Shown here: positions 60,243 through 64,000 of the stretch, in pieces | Position numbering within the stretch: position 1 is the stretch's first letter | Layout of the letters: each line of letters begins with the position of its first letter | Notes under the pieces: model-generated | Told to the model about the DNA's origin: nothing | The model's input: only the letters and a program-made list of their open reading frames with translations | The model's database searches: none | Translations under genes and position numbers: made by a program | Source: an uncultured delta proteobacterium | Lineage (GTDB): Bacteria > Desulfobacterota > Desulfobacteria > Desulfobacterales > JAHEIW01 | Length of the DNA: 64,000 nt | Assembly: GCA_963706575.1 (NCBI GenBank) | Contig: CAVPNL010000012.1 | Coordinates: forward strand, 96,001-160,000 | Reading direction: 5' to 3'

Positions 60243-62618
60243 ATGTCTTCTATTGTAGCTGATCTGTATCTTTTTTTTTCACACCGCAGGCCAATGGTCT
60301 TTGTTGCAACCCTGGCGGTCATCGTCATATCCGCCATCGCCTTTGTTAATTTAAATTTAAACGAAAACATCGAGTCCATGCTACCTGACCGCAAAACCGA
60401 TACGGCATTGAATTTCAGCCTTTTGCAACAGGCGCCGTTTTCACGCAAGGTCATCATCAACCTGAATAAACAGGCCAATATCCATGGCAATGAATTGGTG
60501 GAAATAACCGACCGTCTTGCAGAAGCCATGACTCCTCCCTTTTTTACACGGGTTGTTACCGGTCCCGGGGAGTCTTTCAATTTGGATTTTTTCTCGTGGT
60601 TAGTCCATGTTTACCCAAGCCTAATCGCAGATGAAGATATCAATAGACTACAGCAGACATTGACCGCTGAAAAGGTTCGCAAAGAGCTCAACGAATTGCA
60701 TGCAAAACTTTTGAGCCCTGAAGGTTCGGCTTTGAAAAGGCTTTTTCAGGCTGATCCGCTGGGTTTTAGGTTCAATGTTTTAGAGAAACTGCGATTTTTA
60801 AATATCATCCCCAGGATGCGTCTTGAAAACGGTCACTTTATCAGTCCCGACGGCAAGAACGTCCTCATACTGGCAGAGACTCCATATAAAATAACAGATG
60901 TCGAGCACGGCAGAGAAATGCTAACTCACTTTCAAGCTCTCCTTGCCAATGTTGTTCCCGATAATATTACCGTATCGATGATCAGCGGTCACCGTTACAC
61001 ATTAGCAAACATTGATGCCGTTAAAAAGGACATTGCAATTATCCTAATCTGCTCGTCTCTTGGGATTTTCATTATATTTCTAGTATTTTTAAGATCAGTG
61101 GGAGGGATTTTTGTTTTCTTAATACCAATTTGCGTGCTGTGCATCGCTGCTGCCTGCGTTTCGGTGTTTTACAGAACCGTATCAGCTGTCACGATAGGGT
61201 TCGGCGCCGTTCTACTTGGCATATCGGTCGATTTTGCCATACACGTATATTTTGCAATGCGTTCCGATCCAAGCAACCCCCCGGAAGCGATCGCTCAGGT
61301 GTCGCGCCCAATTTCATTTTGCGCATTGACAACGCTTGGCGCTTTTGGCGTGCTGTCCTTTTCCAGCCTGCCTGTTCAGCGCGAACTTGCAGTGTTCTCC
61401 ATCATTGGCGTCTGTGCATCCTTAATCTTGTCGCTGACTATTTTGCCCCACGTGGTGCACCCCCCGCAAATACCGAAAAAAAATGAGGAACCTTACATTA
61501 AAAAAGAATTGCGCTTGGCCCGAAAATGGTTGGTTTACGGCTGGCTGGCAATTCTCGTCATTTGTGCTTGGCAGGGCACCAAACTTCATTTTGATGGGGA
61601 CTTGCGCTCCTTAAACCTGGTGCCGGATGAAATTCGCGACTTGGAGAATACACTGCAGCGTACCTGGGGAAATTTCAGGGGCACAGCGGTTATTTTCGCC
61701 GAAGGACCGGATCTTCAAACCGCCCTGGAAACCAACGATCGCATCTTTAGGCATTTAACCCGTAACCCCAACTCGAGTCCAATCGTAAGTTTAGCAGCCA
61801 TACTACCATCTCTGAAAACCCAGCAGTCAAATCGCCAACGCTGGAATGCGTTTTGGTCCGATGAAAGAAAGGAATACATCAACCAGCTTTTAACTGCTGA
61901 GGGAAAATTAATCGGGTTTAAGCCCACTGCTTTTGAACCCTTTGATAGACTTATTGCGGGGCCGTCACCCCCGGTGACGGTGGAAGCTTTACGGATAATT
62001 GGATTGGCAGAAATAGTCGATACGTTGATCATCGGTGACGGTAAAAATGTGAAAGTGTTGACGTTGGTGCCGGATACTCCGGAGATTGCCGCCCTGTTGA
62101 ATCATATTGATTTCGACCGCTCCGGGATACAATTTGCATCTCAAAATCAATTTCGGCAGACAATCAGCAAAGCAATCGCAGATGATTTCAGCCATTTTAT
62201 TTTAACGGCATCTGTGGTGGTTATTCTTTTATTAGGCTTATTTTTTCGGAATCTAAAAAAGGTTTTACTTGCGCTCATACCGGTTGTTACCGGAATGCTC
62301 TTTATGGTCGGTGTGATGGGCGGGTTGGGTATTGCCTTCAACTTGTTCAATATTGTGGCCGCAATTTTAATTATCGGATTAGGGGTTGATTACGGCATTT
62401 TCATGGTTTCTAAAATTTCGCAGGGCTCGGACGCGGCCATCCAAAGGGCAGTTTTTGTATCCGGGTTAACGACCTTGGCCGGATTCGGAGCCCTTGTTTT
62501 GGCTCGCCATCCGGCCCTGCATTCTATAGGACTTTCGGTGTTAGTGGGCATCAGCGCAGCCATACCGTCGGCATTGCTGGTCATTCCAGCGATGTACCGC
62601 AAAAAGAATGAAAATTAG
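60243..62618 (+). CDS. MMPL/RND-type exporter
   Basis: Two TM blocks with GISVDFAIH and GLGVDYGIF, TTLAGFG. Confidence 0.88.
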   Translation: MSSIVADLYLFFSHRRPMVFVATLAVIVISAIAFVNLNLNENIESMLPDRKTDTALNFSLLQQAPFSRKVIINLNKQANIHGNELVEITDRLAEAMTPPFFTRVVTGPGESFNLDFFSWLVHVYPSLIADEDINRLQQTLTAEKVRKELNELHAKLLSPEGSALKRLFQADPLGFRFNVLEKLRFLNIIPRMRLENGHFISPDGKNVLILAETPYKITDVEHGREMLTHFQALLANVVPDNITVSMISGHRYTLANIDAVKKDIAIILICSSLGIFIIFLVFLRSVGGIFVFLIPICVLCIAAACVSVFYRTVSAVTIGFGAVLLGISVDFAIHVYFAMRSDPSNPPEAIAQVSRPISFCALTTLGAFGVLSFSSLPVQRELAVFSIIGVCASLILSLTILPHVVHPPQIPKKNEEPYIKKELRLARKWLVYGWLAILVICAWQGTKLHFDGDLRSLNLVPDEIRDLENTLQRTWGNFRGTAVIFAEGPDLQTALETNDRIFRHLTRNPNSSPIVSLAAILPSLKTQQSNRQRWNAFWSDERKEYINQLLTAEGKLIGFKPTAFEPFDRLIAGPSPPVTVEALRIIGLAEIVDTLIIGDGKNVKVLTLVPDTPEIAALLNHIDFDRSGIQFASQNQFRQTISKAIADDFSHFILTASVVVILLLGLFFRNLKKVLLALIPVVTGMLFMVGVMGGLGIAFNLFNIVAAILIIGLGVDYGIFMVSKISQGSDAAIQRAVFVSGLTTLAGFGALVLARHPALHSIGLSVLVGISAAIPSALLVIPAMYRKKNEN

Positions 62619-62620
62619 CG

Positions 62621-63007
62621 ATGAATAAAATAAAAAAAGAAATTATCTCATCGGCCGTTAGCAGAATAGAAGAATCAGAGGCGGATACGATCAAACAGCG
62701 CTATCGATTCAGTACTGATTTCATCGGTTTTGCCGGTCATTTCCCCGGCAACCCGATTCTGCCGGCCTTTGTTCAAATACTGATGGCTTTGACGCTGACC
62801 GAAAAGTACAAAGGTTGCCGTTTGAAAGCGGCCAGCGTTGAGAAAGCCAAATTCCGCATTCCTCTTCAACCTGACCAGGAAATCGAAGTAGCATGTCGCC
62901 AGCGAACGGCAGGTGAACTGTCAGGCTTTGATGCGCGTCTATCGGTTTCCGAAGGATTAGCGGCTTCATTTCGGATTTCCTTTTCCGTAAAGGAAGATGA
63001 CCAATGA
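62621..63007 (+). CDS. FabA/ApeI-like dehydratase
   Basis: FAGHFPGNPILPA, KAKF..P. Confidence 0.85.
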   Translation: MNKIKKEIISSAVSRIEESEADTIKQRYRFSTDFIGFAGHFPGNPILPAFVQILMALTLTEKYKGCRLKAASVEKAKFRIPLQPDQEIEVACRQRTAGELSGFDARLSVSEGLAASFRISFSVKEDDQ

Positions 63008-63465
63008 TTAAACCTTACTTTAAGGCACGTGAAGGACAACCAGCACCTCTGCGTATTCGCATCGAACAGACGGTGCGCTTTGAAGAAGTTGACTCTCTTG
63101 GTATCGTCTGGCACGGACGCTATGCAAGTTATTTTGAAGATGCCAGGGTGGCATTCGGTGAAAAATACGGTATCGGCTACATGGATTTTTATGCCAACGG
63201 AGTGGTGGCGCCGATTAAGCAAATGCACTTTGATTATCATCAACCGCTCAGGTTCGGCGAAAAAATGACAATTGAGGCCATTTTGCACTGGTCGGAAGCC
63301 GCTCGGATGAATTTTGAATTCATTATACGAACGGGCAACGGTGAAATATCAACAACAGGGTACTCCGTCCAGATGATGCTCGATCCTGATGAAAACATTC
63401 TTGTGGTACTGCCTCCGTTTTATAAAGCGTTTTTGAATAAATGGAAGGCAGAGGAATTAAAATGA
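63004..63465 (+). CDS. Acyl-CoA/ACP thioesterase (YbgC/4HBT-like)
   Basis: VRFEEVDSLGIVWHGRYASYFE.AR. Confidence 0.9.
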   Translation: MIKPYFKAREGQPAPLRIRIEQTVRFEEVDSLGIVWHGRYASYFEDARVAFGEKYGIGYMDFYANGVVAPIKQMHFDYHQPLRFGEKMTIEAILHWSEAARMNFEFIIRTGNGEISTTGYSVQMMLDPDENILVVLPPFYKAFLNKWKAEELK

Positions 63466-64000
63466 GAGACGTTTGGATTGCAGATGCAGCGGCCATCACC
63501 CCTTTTGGGGAAAGCCTCCGGCAATTATGGCAGGCGCTTTTAGCCGGAAAATCCGCAATAAGGCCTGTTTCGCGCTTTCCGGTTAAAAATTATCATGCCG
63601 GCATTGCGTCCTGTATCGAGGATTTAACCGGCTCCGGAGATCGATCCATGGGACATACCCTTTTGCAGCGACTCCTGCAACAGCTTGACCCGATCTCAAA
63701 AGATACACTTTTGATTACCGCGACCACAAAGTCAGGAATTGACAATCTGGAAAAAGTTTGCGGAGGGTATCCTGCCAATATACGGGACATTATGCTTTCA
63801 GCCATATATGAAGAAATTACCAAAAGGACCTCAACTTAAAGCAACACGGTATGAACATCAGTGCATCCTGTGCTTCTGCCACCATTGCCATTGCGCAGGG
63901 AGCTGCTATGATCGCTTCGAACTGGACGGATGCCGTACTGGTCTGTTGCATGGATCTGGTTACCGAATTTGTTTTCTCGGGCTTTTCAGCGTTGCAGGCC
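63462..64000 (+). CDS. Third ketosynthase-like protein (partial, runs off window; +1 frameshift near 63823)
   Basis: MRDVWIADAAAITPFG...EITK, continuing in the next frame as DLNLKQHGMNISASCASATIAIAQGAAMI...EFVFSGFSALQA. Confidence 0.8.

Overview
Bacterial chromosomal window. The gene families suggest a sulfate-reducer-like Desulfobacterales/Thermodesulfobacteriota genome; this is inference. From 1 to 47 kb it is a patchwork of housekeeping and accessory genes: nucleoside-type ABC transporter plus codA, csp, orphan parA, orphan ilvN, pncB, surE, M20 dipeptidase, DRG-like GTPase, dadA-like, ghrA and rocD. The intergenic spaces are crowded with small repeat elements: palindromes whose arms are tandem 7-, 8- or 9-nt units around an AT-rich loop, often nested, plus two MITE-like families with TAGAA... 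ends. From 47.5 to 53 kb is an AT-richer block of partly duplicated secreted/lipoprotein genes, most broken by single-base frameshifts. From 53.2 to 64 kb is an aryl-polyene/flexirubin/'ladderane-candidate'-like type II FAS/PKS cluster that runs off the right edge. Most notable observations: a soluble fusion of a MotA cytoplasmic domain to a FliG-C domain; stand-alone DRR/ERR-repeat peptides, one beside a degenerate PilZ-like gene; a very divergent UPRTase-like protein next to codA; tandem NrdR-like boxes before parA-FN3; and the periodic-palindrome repeat system. No rRNA, tRNA, CRISPR array or transposase was recognised.
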